DNA of 36,292 nt from positions 1 to 36,292 of the forward strand of contig NIVC01000357.1 of NCBI GenBank assembly GCA_002269645.1, given 5' to 3'. The notes under the pieces are model-generated. The model ran no database searches. It was not told where the DNA came from and saw nothing but the letters and a program-made list of their open reading frames with translations. How positions within the stretch are numbered: position 1 is the stretch's first letter; every line of letters begins with the position of its first letter. Position numbers and translations under genes: made by a program. Shown one piece after another: positions 11,256 to 22,875 of the stretch. The DNA comes from Macrostomum lignano. Taxonomy: Eukaryota.

Positions 11256-12212
11256 ACTGTACAGAAGTTTTTCGGCTGGTTATTCCAAAGCTGGAGCGTT
11301 CCGCAACTCTGCGATTGCTGCACGAAGGGCATATCGGACCTGAGAAGATGAAATCTATAGCTAGACAATGTGTTTGGTGGCCCGATGTAGATCGAGACAT
11401 CGAAAAGTACTCAAAAGGATGCAATTCATGTCGGATGAACAAGGATCACGGAATAACTCGACAATGGACTTCTTGGCCGGACGAGACCCAGTGCTGGTCG
11501 AGAGTTCACATGGAATACGCAGGACCTATGAAGGGAGGAAACTACCTGCTAGTACTAATTGATGCGTTCAGCAAATGGGCTGAAGTTCACGTGACTAAAG
11601 GAACCTCTTCATCTGAGACCATCAAGCGATTGCGAAGAACGTTCGCTCAAGAAGGCGTGCCTGTGACTATTGTTTCGGACAACGGACCTCAATTCGTATC
11701 GAAAGAAATGGAAGGTTGGCTAAGAGGAATCAACTGCCGACATGTTCTCACACCACCTTATCATCCAAGGTCAAACAGATTGGCCGAGCGCTTTGTGAGA
11801 GACCTAAAAATCACATCAGAGCTGCAGAGGAAGGCGACCTTCAGAGCTGCGTCGACCGGTTTCTACTGCAATACAGGAATTCAAAACACTCAACAACTGG
11901 GAAATCGTCCTCTGAGCTGATGAGAGGATATCTGCTCCGCACTCCAGCATTCTCTCTGGCACGTGAGCCAGTCTGGGTAAGAACGAGATGACTAAATGGA
12001 AGTCTGGTGAAGTAGACGCAACGGAGGGAAATGTTGTGGTCGACGTTGAGCTGGAGGACGGAAGGCGCGGCGCGGACGCCACCATCGTGAACAAACAAAA
12101 CCGAAGATCTCCGGTTCTGATGACCTGGTGGAAACGGAGACGGAAGAACCTGCTGAACAAGGATCTGGTCTTTGCAGAAGTCAGCGCCATCGACGAGTAC
12201 CAGTGCGACTGA
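11251..12212 (+). pseudogene. Frameshifted retroviral-type integrase (HHCC zinc finger, DDE core, C-terminal domain)
   Basis: GLLYR/RLVIP, LHEGHIG...WWP...CNSC, VHMEYAGP, IVSDNGPQF, PPYHPRSNRLAERFV, FLLQYRNSKHSTTG and KWKSGEV. Frameshifts near 11270, 11805, 11987 and 12070. Confidence 0.9.
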
Positions 12213-12990
12213 ATTATCACAAGGTGGGTGTGCCTACCTAACTGTAAACTAACGGGAAGGAGTGTTAGCATTGTGATGAACTTTTATTTAGTTAACAAAT
12301 GCACTTTATTTACAAGCCGTTCATGGCTGCAAATGTCTATGGACATTTAGTTCGTGAGCATAGCTCGTACTGTACGAAAAGAGCCACGAAATATAATGAA
12401 AGAGATGAGTCTGTGAAAGAATAATGAAAGAAATGTCTGTTGAGATGATCTAAAGAGCTGATACTCAAAATAATTAAAGGACTGGAAATCATTTCTAAGA
12501 AAACAAACACTCTGGTAGCTGTTGACTTAGCAAGAGACGTCTTTGGTGTCGCTACTGACGCCAAGGAAACTGCTCCTCTGGTAGCTGTTGACTCTCAAGA
12601 GATGTCTTTGGGGTCGCTACTGACGCCAAGGAAACTGCTCCTCTGGTAGCTGTTGACTCTCAAGAGATGTCTTTGGGGTCGCTACTGACGCCAAGGAAAC
12701 TGCTCCTCTGGTAGCTGTTGACTCTCAAGAGATGTCTTTGGGGTCGCAACTGACGCCAAGGAAACTGCTCCTCTGGTAGCTGTTGACTCTCAAGAGACGT
12801 CTTTGGTGTCGCTCCTGACGCCAAGGAAACTGCTCCTCTGGTAGCTGTTGACTCTCAAGAGACGTCTTTGGTGTCGCTCCTGACGCCAAGGAAACTGCTC
12901 CTCTGGTAGCTGTTGACTCTCAAGAGACGTCTTGGGGTCGCTACTGATGCCAAGGAAACTGCTGGAAACTGGAAACTGGAAACTCCTCAG

Positions 12991-13033
12991 GAGCGACCCC
13001 AGAGACGTCTCTTGCCAAGTCAACAGCTACCAG
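12991..13033 (-). repeat. Inverted partial copy of the 65-bp unit closing the array
   Basis: The reverse complement reads CTGGTAGCTGTTGACTTGGCAAGAGACGTCTCTGGGGTCGCTC. It is preceded by three GGAAACT copies. Confidence 0.9.
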
Positions 13034-14209
13034 CTGAGGCTCAACGATACCAAGAATTCCCTTCGTGCATTCTGAGCACTTTTACGGCTTACCCCACAAA
13101 GGCTTGTCTTACAGTCCCTTAGACAACTTTTTTTTCTGTCGGCGTCCAGGCGTTGGCGTTGTAAATTCTGGTTGAGTTTGCAATCACAATTTCGAGCATT
13201 CTTTGCATCGAAAAAGTGTTCATATTTGGTGGTGTGGTCACATAAAGTGACCATACAGTTATCTGTGTACATGACATCTGTGTACACCTAAATAAAATTT
13301 ACAATGTAACATTCACATTTACATTTTACATTAAATAAATGTGTAGAATGTGGAAAATACATTTTACATTTACAGTACCTAATAGGTACATTGTTATGGT
13401 ACATTTGCTGCATATCTTCTTTTAACACGTCCGTCCTCGATCAGTGCCCCCGCATCGTAAATGCTATATCCATGTAGTATACGTCCCAGCATCATCCTTA
13501 TCAGCTTCGACTTTCTAGATTGACAGCTAAAAGACACTGTATACAGCCGGCAGCTAGGATTTATTTTAGTCCTAAAAGATAGCCCTTTTCCTATAGCTTG
13601 AATTATGATCGATTTCGAAGGAGATTGTTTTGGCGAGTCGAGGGTACTAGCCAGGGGTGCAGTATGTACATGGCGGTGGATGAGCTAAATCTCCAGGTGA
13701 TTTCGACTTTTAAAATTGTCTTTAAGCTATGCAGCTGCTCGCCTACATCCGCATGGTGCTACATGTACCTTAACTTGAGGCTGACCATGTGACAGAAGTG
13801 TGGAAAGTCAGGGAATTAAAAGTGATTGATTTGTGTGCGCTTTGAGGCCCGAAAAGCCAAATTAAGATCAATATAGCTAAGAGAAGCCGAACCCTTCATT
13901 CTCAATATGCATGTATGTGTACATGTACAGGTCAATTTTCAGATATGAAATTTTTAATTCAGTGTACATACATGTAGAGTGTATTTGATCCGTTCTGCAT
14001 GTGCTAGACGAATGGCTATCGCAAAGAACTTAGTAAATGATAGAATGAAACAATATAATTGATAGATGCTCCTCATCAGAAGTGCCTACTTATTTTTTAG
14101 TATAATAGGCGTGTCAGTTGCACATCTACCCATTAATTGGTAAGTATAGTCAATTATTATTATTATTATTAAGCGTCATTGCAATTTACATGAGAGGGAG
14201 CTTTTGACA

Positions 14210-14988
14210 TCACTGAAGTACAACAAATTTTAACCAATCGTTGCTATTCTCGATTTCCCATTCAACTTGGGCGTCAGTGAATTGCAGAGGTCGGCACTTT
14301 TGAAGATTTTTATTGTATAGCACGCTTCTTATACTCGAGGCAGTTTTAGTGAAGGCGAAGCACTCAAGCACGTCGGTGATGTGATGAAAATCGCTGTAGC
14401 AGTACTGGTGATTGTACATTGTGCGTTTTAAGGGCACCTGTACCCAGCTGACGAAAGAATCCAATTCAGTGGTGACATGCACAAACTCGCAGGCAAATCC
14501 TTTCTTTTTATCTACGCAATGGTTGTCTATCAGCTTGTAGCTGTTACCTCTTGCTTTCAACACGCAGTCCTGATTCCCGTTGTTGTTCGGCATCCCGCTA
14601 AACCACAGGGCGCTATCCAGCGGCAGGTTTTCATTACCGTTAATCGTCTGCCAAACCCGACTGAGATGTGAGTCGTTCGTCCGCGAGGTCGGTCACTCCG
14701 AGCCACAAATGGCTGGAGTTGGCCATGCTCAACATGCTGCTGAGCAGCTTCAACGTTTCGTACGAGTTGATGAGCTCGCCACCGATCGATGCGCACTGCC
14801 GGTTGGCCTCACACCAGTCGAAGACATCTGAACTGTTCACAAAGATGCACCTGCCGGACTCGATTTTGAACGGTGCGGGACACGCAGCTTGCTGTTGTTG
14901 CTGCTTGGTTAAGCCAACTTGCAGAAGCAGCACTACCAGAGCTATGGTCGAAGCTGTTTTGACGACGCTAAACTAACTCAGCTTTCAT
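14210..14988 (-). pseudogene. Single-exon secreted C-type lectin domain plus PAN/Apple-like domain gene with two +1 frameshifts (pseudogene or consensus error)
   Basis: ATG at 14988; hydrophobic leader TIALVVLLLQVG; CTLD motifs CPAPF...RCIF...WCEANRQCASIGGEL, LWLGVTD, W..GMPNNNGNQDCV and CVDKKKGFACE; C-terminal ECF...SVLYN...KC. One extra base near 14973 and one in the TTT at 14653-14655 restore a single ORF when removed. Confidence 0.8.
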
Positions 14989-15029
14989 AGTCTGACCTTC
15001 GATAGCGGATACACCAGATTCAACCGACG

Positions 15030-15068
15030 ACTGAAGGGATCGGCATCAAGCATTGCAGAGCTTAAATA
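15030..15068 (-). promoter_or_regulatory. Candidate core promoter of the lectin gene (TATTTAAG plus TCAGT initiator)
   Basis: TATTTAAG at 15068-15061 and TCAGT at 15034-15030 on the minus strand; the first downstream ATG is at 14988. Confidence 0.4.
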
Positions 15069-15725
15069 CAGACAAATGCTGATTGCTGATTGACTGCTTT
15101 GAATGGAAGTTTTTCGTTGCTTTTTTTGTCTTTATTCTTGAAGCCTTAGATGGTTGTTTGACAAACATAAAAGGAAGCTTCGAGATGTTTTGACTTAAGG
15201 GCATTTTTACTGTCATTTACTGCTCAAAAACATGCTTTTAAAAACGCTCTGCTCTCCATTGTATAGACAGACAATGTCCATTAAAAAGTCACAGCGAGGC
15301 AAATGCACACAACAGATTGACTATACAGAATCAGTTGCCATTAGCTTTGCCAAAGCTTTAGCGAAAATGCATGGTTATTTCTGTTCGCAATTATGATAGG
15401 TTTGCTTTGCCACGCACCTGTTTCCCTAGCTGATGGATGAAAAGATATACACATTCGAAAACTTAACTATAATCATAACGAAAATATAACTTCGAAGTTA
15501 GCTATAAACTTGGCAGATTATTTTGGAAATCCAGGGATTATCGGAATAAAAGCACTGCAATAATTTTTATCGCATGAAATTATTTCATCTGCAGATACAA
15601 TATAGCCAAGCAATCTAATGTAAACAATGGTCGAAATGTTTTCTTATTGGACTTGCTTTGGAAATATAAGTAGAACGTGGTGAAACAGTCAGTGTTTCAG
15701 CGTTTTACATTTCGATAGTTGTGCA

Positions 15726-17796
15726 ATGCTTTGGCAGCAACTTAACACTGCGGTGTTTCTCACTCTGCTGAATTTAACCGCAGCAGTTGAATATTCCAGC
15801 GATGGTGGAGTGCGCATTCCCGGCGACCTCATTCTGGGCGGCCTGTTCCCTGTCACCCACGACAGAGATTTACCCAGTGCCGCCTACAGCGAGCGAGGCA
15901 TCCAGCGCTTGGAAGCGATGATTTATAGCTTGATGGAGATTAATTCCGACCCCAGACTGCTCAGGTACGGCCGGCACAAGATCGTCCTTGGCGGTCGGCT
16001 GTTTGACACGGCGCGAGCGCTAAGAGAGCTGTTCGGCGAGCGTTGACATTTCTGCCTGGTCGTCAAGAAGGCGCAAACAGCAACGGATCACAGGAAGAGA
16101 ATACGGATTATTTCTGTCCTCAGGAAAACGGGACTTTTGCACCAGCAGTTCGTATAAAATCTGTTTTCAACTCCATGTCAGCAGGCGCAGTGCTTGGCGT
16201 TGTTGGTGCTACGTACAGCGCAATTACGCAGAAGGTTACGGAGCTGCTTGGGCTGTTTAATCTTCCAGTTATGAGCTATTCCTCATCATCCACAACTCTA
16301 AGCGACAAAAGAAGATTTCCGCTGTTTGCCCGGCCGCTTCCACCCGACCCGACTCAGAGCAGGGCGAAGTGCTGGCAGACATTGTGGCTCATTTTGGGCA
16401 GTGGAACTACGTGGATGTTATCTATACAGACAGCATCTACTCGGAAATGGCGGTAAGGTCATTTGAGAAGAGCATCCAAACACGCAATATCTGCATTGCG
16501 GAAAGGGTCCGTCTGTCCTGGCGGCCTCGATCTATCGAACTAACTCGCGTCATTAACCATCTGAAATCGCTGACTAGATTCCGTGTCGTCCTACTCTTCC
16601 TTGATATGGAACAGATCAAACTGTTTCTCAGTGCAGCTGGTAAAGCTGGTCTTCGCCCTGGCAAGTTCGTTCTGATTTCGTTGGACTCATGGGATATGAG
16701 CTCTTTGCAACAAATCGATTCAATCGCCAGAGGTTCCATCATAATTGATTTGAACGTTCCTAAGCATCCAACATTCGATCAGTACTTCACGTCCCTGCGA
16801 CCTCGCCAGCTTCGAACTATCGATATGAAAGGCGCCATTTCTGAGGCGACCTTTTTCAACCGTTACTTTGACGACTTCTGGCAGCAGAAGTTCAATTGTT
16901 CCCTCGACCAGAACGCTGCTAAAACCAGGGCCGGAGTGCGATTATTCTGTGCCGATAGTCTGCGATTCGATTTGAGTCAATTTCAACAACAATGGAAAGT
17001 TCAGTATGTTAGCGATGCTGTGTACACTTTTGCACGCGCTCTAGACACGCGATGAAGCTGGTTTTCACTCCTCAAAATCCTGACTATGACTCTAAGGCCA
17101 GCGTAGACTTTGACGACTGCGTGAGGAATATCACGGAGTTTCCTGGAGACGAACTGTACCAAATTCTTATCTCAAAAAATAATTCATCTGTCAGTGAGTG
17201 CTTTTTAACGTGTTCATTAAATATAATAGGTAAAATAGGCATTCGCAATAAGAAGGAGCTGTAAGAATTTATTATGGGCACATCATCCCAAACTAGCTGC
17301 AAGGCAATTTCTTTAATTCCACTGACCTCGCACTCGTGCACACGCTCACATAGGGTGTACAACAGCAGGCCCCGACTTCCTAATCATTAGGAATGTACGC
17401 TCTCTGTGCCTCGGTGGTTGGCCCTCATGGTGTGAATGAAATCCCAAATGAGTGCGGCTGTGCAGTTGTAATCCACAATTTTACAAATAATGAAACACTC
17501 TCGCTTTAATTTAAAGACAGTGCTGGCGCGACAGTGGAATACAACAACTGCGGTGACGCCTTGGGTTCCTATACAGTTTACAACTACCAAGCAAACTCAA
17601 GTACGGGCTTGTTTGAGTACGCACCGGTGGGCGCGTGGAGTGCCAACTCAGGACTCGACATAAGCGCGCAAGATATCCAGTGGCCTAGTGGTGGCAGCGA
17701 ACCACCGAACTCTGTCTGCAGCGAGGCTTGTCCTGACGGTATGGCTAAGGTCAAACTCAGCGGTTTAGCACGTGACAAATGCTGTTGGTCTTGCAG
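15726..17796 (+). pseudogene. Metabotropic glutamate receptor-like class C GPCR ectodomain (Venus flytrap plus start of cysteine-rich domain), exons about 15726-17193 and 17517-17796, multiple frameshifts
   Basis: Signal peptide, GDLILGGLFPV, GIQRLEAM, VVGATYS, SYSSSSTTLSDK.RFPLFAR..PPD, WNYV, DSW, FDDFWQQKFNC, VSDAVY, GDALGSYTVYNYQ and PNSVCSEAC...CCWSC. Frameshifts near 16010, 16365 and 17048. Donors GTGAGT at 17194 and GTAAC at 17797; acceptor at 17515-17516. Confidence 0.85.
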
Positions 17797-18849
17797 GTAA
17801 CATCGACCAACCTGCTAATTAATTTTATCTCACAATTGAATTGATAAAAGTTTAACATTTTAATTATCGATGCGTTAATTTAGCGTAAGCTGCACTTGAA
17901 TAGGCTGATTGAGTCGCATTATAAGAAAATAAAAGTAGAAATTATCCAGTTATATTATTTAACAAGTTTAACAAGACATTTATAGGTTTATCGAACGCTT
18001 TTTACAACATTAAATTTCATTATCAAACTAGCTCAACAAAAGTCAATACATATATTTGCTTGTGATTTACACAATACGATCTAAAGTACTCGTAGGTGCG
18101 ATTTAACCTGAAGTCAGTGTCTTCTTTACAAACAGTTACATCAATGATTTACATGTATTTGCAGTAGGTATTTGATGCACCGAAATAGAGTATAACAATC
18201 TGTACAGAATGAGCAAAGTTGATTTTTATCGCAACCGCGAAAGTTGTTATTTTCCATACATCAGTTATTTTGCGTCGCTCGCTTGAGTACGAGCGTACAA
18301 ATTGTTGAAAAAGTCGGTGTACAACAGGGCCGTGTGTGGACAGTACTTACGAGTACAGCTTTTCAGATTATTAGATTAAGACTAAAAGTTCAAGAATTTC
18401 TCTTGGATACACATTTCAAGGACTATGAAAAAAGAAGGACCGGAAAAATATGTTATTGTTATGATAGGAGACAGACCCAATATTCATCTTTTGATATTTC
18501 TTGTCTTTCTTATAGCTCTACTTGGTATTCATAGAGCTTTTCGTTCAGAAAATTATGATTCTATATTACGAGCGTAACTTTAAATCTTACGCACCATCCT
18601 ATGCTCGTACATTACGATCATAAGGTAAGGCGCAAATTTTAGACATCTTTAGCTATTGTTTATCAGTAGGAATAGCTACGCTCTTACCAATCCATTTTCC
18701 GCCCGTCGAACTAACATGGGGCGACTCTCCCAGAATTTTTTTTGCTGCACCAGAACGAAGCAACGCAGGCACACGAAGTAACTTTGTGGGCTAACTTTGT
18801 GTTGCGCGCCATCTTAAACAAGAAAAAGCATATTCAAAAATTTTGACAG

Positions 18850-19710
18850 AAGTTCGAAGTATTCAATACACCCCTTGTAAGCAGGCAACCCTTTGTGCTG
18901 CCTGCTAGCTTTGCGCTCCCACTGGACAAGCCGCTCCCAGCTGAGAAGGACTTCTGCATCAGACCAGTCACCACGGAGGACGTTGTGCTGTACGCTCGGA
19001 AAACACCAGGCGGCAAGGCGCTCGGCCCTGACGAGGTCCCGTTCGAGGCGCTGCGGCTCCGCTGTGTGGCCTCCCAGGTCACAGGCATCATGAACCGCGT
19101 GCTTGCCGGCGCTCCTACACCCACCAAGTGAACCGTTGGACACATTGTGCCGATCCCAAAGAAGGTAGGGACAACGCAGAAAGAAGACAACCGCAGGATC
19201 TTGCTGATGTCCTGCACCGCGAAGCTCTTCAACCGGCTGCTGCTCGATCGCCTGCAGTCGGTGCTGGACCCGTACCTGCGGCACGATCAGAACGGATTCC
19301 GGCCGCAACGCGGTACAGTGACACAGATCCTCGCACTCTGCCGTGTCATCGAGGAGGCGCGCATCCGCCAGTCTACGCTGATCATTGTCTTCGTTGACTT
19401 TCGAAAGGCGTTTGACTCGGTGTTGAGAGCCGCGCTTTCCTTTGTCCTTCGAGCCTACCGAGTCCCACAGCAGCTAATCGACGCTGTCATGGCGCTGTAT
19501 TGCGACACTCGAGCTGCTGTGGTGACGGCGGACGGCCTGTCTGACTTGTTCGACACTTCATCAGGAGTTCTGCAGGGTGATACGCTGGCACCGTTCCTCT
19601 TCGTGCTGCTGCTGGACTGGGTGCTTCGGACCGCACTCCCCTCGGCTAATGACGGCTTCCTGCTGCGCAGACGCATCGGTCGTCGCCACGGCGAAAAGCG
19701 CCTGAGCGTG
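18850..19710 (+). mobile_element. RTE-clade non-LTR retrotransposon, reverse transcriptase fragment
   Basis: KALGPDEVP, IVPIPKK, QNGFRPQRGT, FVDFRKAFDSV and GVLQGDTLAPFLF. In-frame TGA at 19129-19131 (likely former Trp). Homology stops at EKRLSV, just before the expected YADD. Confidence 0.92.
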
Positions 19711-21804
19711 ACTTCGTCCGCCCCAAAGCTCTGCGGCGCCCCATCTAACGCACCCTGCTCTTTGACTTTGCATGCGGGGCTGCGTAATTTGTTGTTATTG
19801 TTGTTGTTGCGCCAATCAGCACTGCGCCTCAATGCGGCCTTACCTTGCAAGCCCCCAAATTCATCCGTACGAAGGCTAAACACGAATTTACCGGTCTTAT
19901 TTGTTGTTAAGGATGATGTATTAGTTCACGTTTATTTTTTAATATATTTCGTACTCTCGTAGTTTTTAGCTTCGCAGCTTACAATTTTCATCTACATATG
20001 CGTATATTAAAATGATAACTGCATGGTCGCTGGTCGCTGCACGGGATACTAGCGCATGTAGCGATTACGACAAACATGCGTTCCTTTAACTGGCCCTCCG
20101 GTTCATTTCTAAGAAAATCTACCGTTAGCGTCCTTCTAACTTCAGCTGTCCATGGATCTTAAATATACGAGGTATTTCCCATTCGATAATTAAAGTAACT
20201 GTGTCGAATGTTTATGTTATTGGAACTACATGTTGGTATAAAACAACCTTGGAGCGAAAGATTTGATGCAGACAAAGAATCTAGTCATGTAGATCTAGAG
20301 ATAGGTTTATGATAACCTTTGAGACCATTCAGCAAATTGAATGCCCTCACAGCCTGGACGAGTGAATTGTTTTTCTGTTGTCCGTGTAAATTTAATCAAA
20401 AATTGTCATTAGCTTGCATTCGAAAACGAGAGAGACAATCTTATATTGTAAGCTTGCACCTGCTTATGCTTGCTTCACTTCACGGGCCACGCAATCAATT
20501 ATTGAGAAGGCAAACCTTGTTGAAATATGATCTGTACTTGCTTGAACTCTAAGAGTCTACTATAGTGTGCACAGCGGAACTTTGTCGAACATTTCTCAGT
20601 CTACTTGTCTAATCGAATAAAAAAGTTAACCTCTCCTAAAGTGACTTGAAAATACTTTAAAAGTTAATACTAGTGCACAATATTAGAATTACAAAACATT
20701 GCGATTTCGATCAAAAACTAAATTATTAGCAACAAAGGTGTTCAATAGGTGTTGCCGTTATTTTTTGTGTATTTTAGCTACCATTGTATAACTTTAAAGA
20801 GTGCTTTGAAGTTTTACTAAAAAAGAGCAATTAAAGTGCAAATACCGCCTAAATACGTGTAATTTGAGTTTGGCAGTTTATTTTTTCTGAAACAAAAACA
20901 CATTCGAATATTCTACTTCTATGCAGAAGCGAATAAGATTGGTATTTACACTAATGCGCGGTGTTGGGCTGACTATAGCTAATTAACATATTTCAATGAG
21001 TATCTTTTTTAAACGAGTTTAAAGTTCCGATTTTAATTGTTTGAATTTGCACAGAACTTGCTAATACTCGTCCACTTACACGCATCCGTAAAAAAGAATC
21101 TTCATTTCAAATTCGTGCCAAAATTCTGATATCGCGTTTGCGATCGAGTCTCAAAACAAAATTATTTTGTCATTGATTAACTTACAAACACGCGCTCTCA
21201 TCTGAATTATAAGCTACGTAAATATTATGGTAATAAAAAAATATGAAAACAATTTAAAGTTATTTCATTATTTCATTGGGTTGCAAAATTTTGGCGCCAA
21301 TTTTAATAACCTTAGCTAAAATACCCGCATAATTTTTATAAATAGCGTAAGTGGCCTTAACATAAAAAAATTTCTAAAGTCAACGTCAAGCAGAACATGC
21401 AGTTTTTATTTAGAGTCACATTTAAACAGCACAAATGAAAGATGCTGAAAATTGCTATTTAAAGCTAAAATGATGATTGGAATTCAGAAGTTGTAATAGT
21501 CTGCTTTGTTAAAATCGGCATCTCATGACGACTCAATGCAGAAGACGAAGAAGCTGCGAAGAAGGCAATGGCTGCTTGTCACATAGCAGTATTTAATAGG
21601 CGTGTTGACCCAGAATTTTTTTGCCAGGAATGACCAGGTAACTCTGCAAATTCAATACAATGTTTGCATGCTTGAGAAATTTTTGAAAATCAAAACCGTA
21701 ATTTATTTGATAGCAATCGGCAGAAGTCCCCTGATTCTTCTTTTCAGATTTCACTGTTATTCTGACGCTCAAAAAGTGTCTAATTTCAGCATGACAGTCT
21801 GACA

Positions 21805-22421
21805 CAGGAGCATGAGAATTTCTCGCCGAGGTTTTTCCGCAGCGAGGTTTTCTCTTAGGGGTTTCCAGTCGAAATTTCAAGTCAAATCCAGTCTGTAGAC
21901 TAGACTAGACTGGACTAGACTAGAATTAGACTAGACTACATTAGAACTAGAACTAGACTAGATTAGAACTAGAACTAGACTAGATTAGAACTAGAACTAG
22001 ACTAGATTAGAACTAGACTAGATTAGAACTAGATTAGATTAGATCAGAACTAGAACTAGACTAGATTAGAACTAGAACTAGACTAGATTAGAACTAGACT
22101 AGATTAGAACTAGATTAGATTAGATCAGAACTAGAACTAGACTAGATTATAACTAGAACTGGACTAGATTAGAACTAGAACTAGACTAGATTAGAACTAG
22201 ACTAGATTAGAACTAGACTAGATTAGAACTAGATTAGATTAGATCAGAACTAGAACTAGACTAGATTAGAACTAGAACTGGACTAGATTAGAACTAGAAC
22301 TAGACTAGATTAGAACTAGAACTAGACTAGATAAGAACTAGAATAGATTAAATTAGACTAGACTAGCGATTTCGAATCCGACTGCAAAACCCTCCTGCGG
22401 GAAATTCTCATAGACCTCCTG
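21805..22421. mobile_element. Possible MITE-like inverted-repeat element enclosing the CTAGA satellite
   Basis: ATGAGAATTTC (21812-21822) and GAAATTCTCAT (22401-22411) are perfect inverted repeats; outer CAGGAG/CTCCTG also match. No TSD found. Confidence 0.35.
21896..22367. repeat. Compound microsatellite of CTAGA/TTAGA/ACTAGA units with higher-order structure
   Basis: Recurring 22-bp GAACTAGAACTAGACTAGATTA block; the GATCAGAAC variant recurs at about 22042, 22123 and 22242. Confidence 0.95.
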
Positions 22422-22707
22422 GCACAATGTCTTCGGCGACATCGTCACACATCCTGAGCACATGCTCAGACACTCATACACACGCTCACACAGCGTTTAC
22501 AACGACCGTGACTGTCTAATCTTCAGGCATGTCTAAATTCGATGCTTAAAAACTGAGAACCTCCTTTCTAGGCAGCGAATTTTTCTGCAAAAAATCTGAA
22601 TCCATTGAAATTCTCACGATAGTTGTTTCACTGTAGTTGTCGATGCAATTCTTACCTTGAAAGTTTGCCAGTCAGGACACAACGTTGATTATCTTTTTCA
22701 CCCTGGC

Positions 22708-22875
22708 TTACGACTTGTCAGTCAGCCGTTTTATGATGGCGTCCTGATCAACAAAGTCGAGTATGAACGGTGCATTCATCAGGATTGCCACGGTGCCGAC
22801 AATGGTCACGGATGAGAATATAACAAGCTGAATTCTGTCAATTACTGAGGCTACGTATTTCCAGTCTTGAAGCAC
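22708..22875 (-). CDS. nAChRbeta1: nAChR exon 7 (TM4, stop)
   Basis: CTACAG|GTG; [20 protein letters not shown]...TDKS*. Confidence 0.93.
   Translation of the reverse strand: MLQDWKYVASVIDRIQLVIFSSVTIVGTVAILMNAPFILDFVDQDAIIKRLTDKS

Larger units (their letters stand above)
11006..12509 (+). mobile_element. Ty3/Gypsy (Mag-like) LTR retrotransposon, internally deleted: LTR-PBS-integrase-PPT-LTR
   Basis: LTRs at 11006-11235 and 12263-12509 (TGTTAG...AACA). Perfect 5-bp TSD CTCTG at 11001-11005 and 12510-12514. PBS at 11237 and PPT AACGGGAAGGAG at 12251-12262. Confidence 0.95.
10942..12962 (+). repeat. 65-bp tandem array (one degenerate unit before the LTR insertion, about 7 units after)
   Basis: Unit GTAGCTGTTGACTCTCAAGAGAYGTCTTTGGKGTCGCTACTGACGCCAAGGAAACTGCTCCTCTG starts at 12515 (66 bp), 12581, 12646, 12711, 12776, 12841 and 12906. 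A diverged unit lies at 10942-11005. Confidence 0.95.

Noticed and set aside
12515-12962. 65-bp repeats as a CRISPR array
   Set aside because: Units are contiguous with no unique spacers, there are no cas genes, and the context is eukaryotic.
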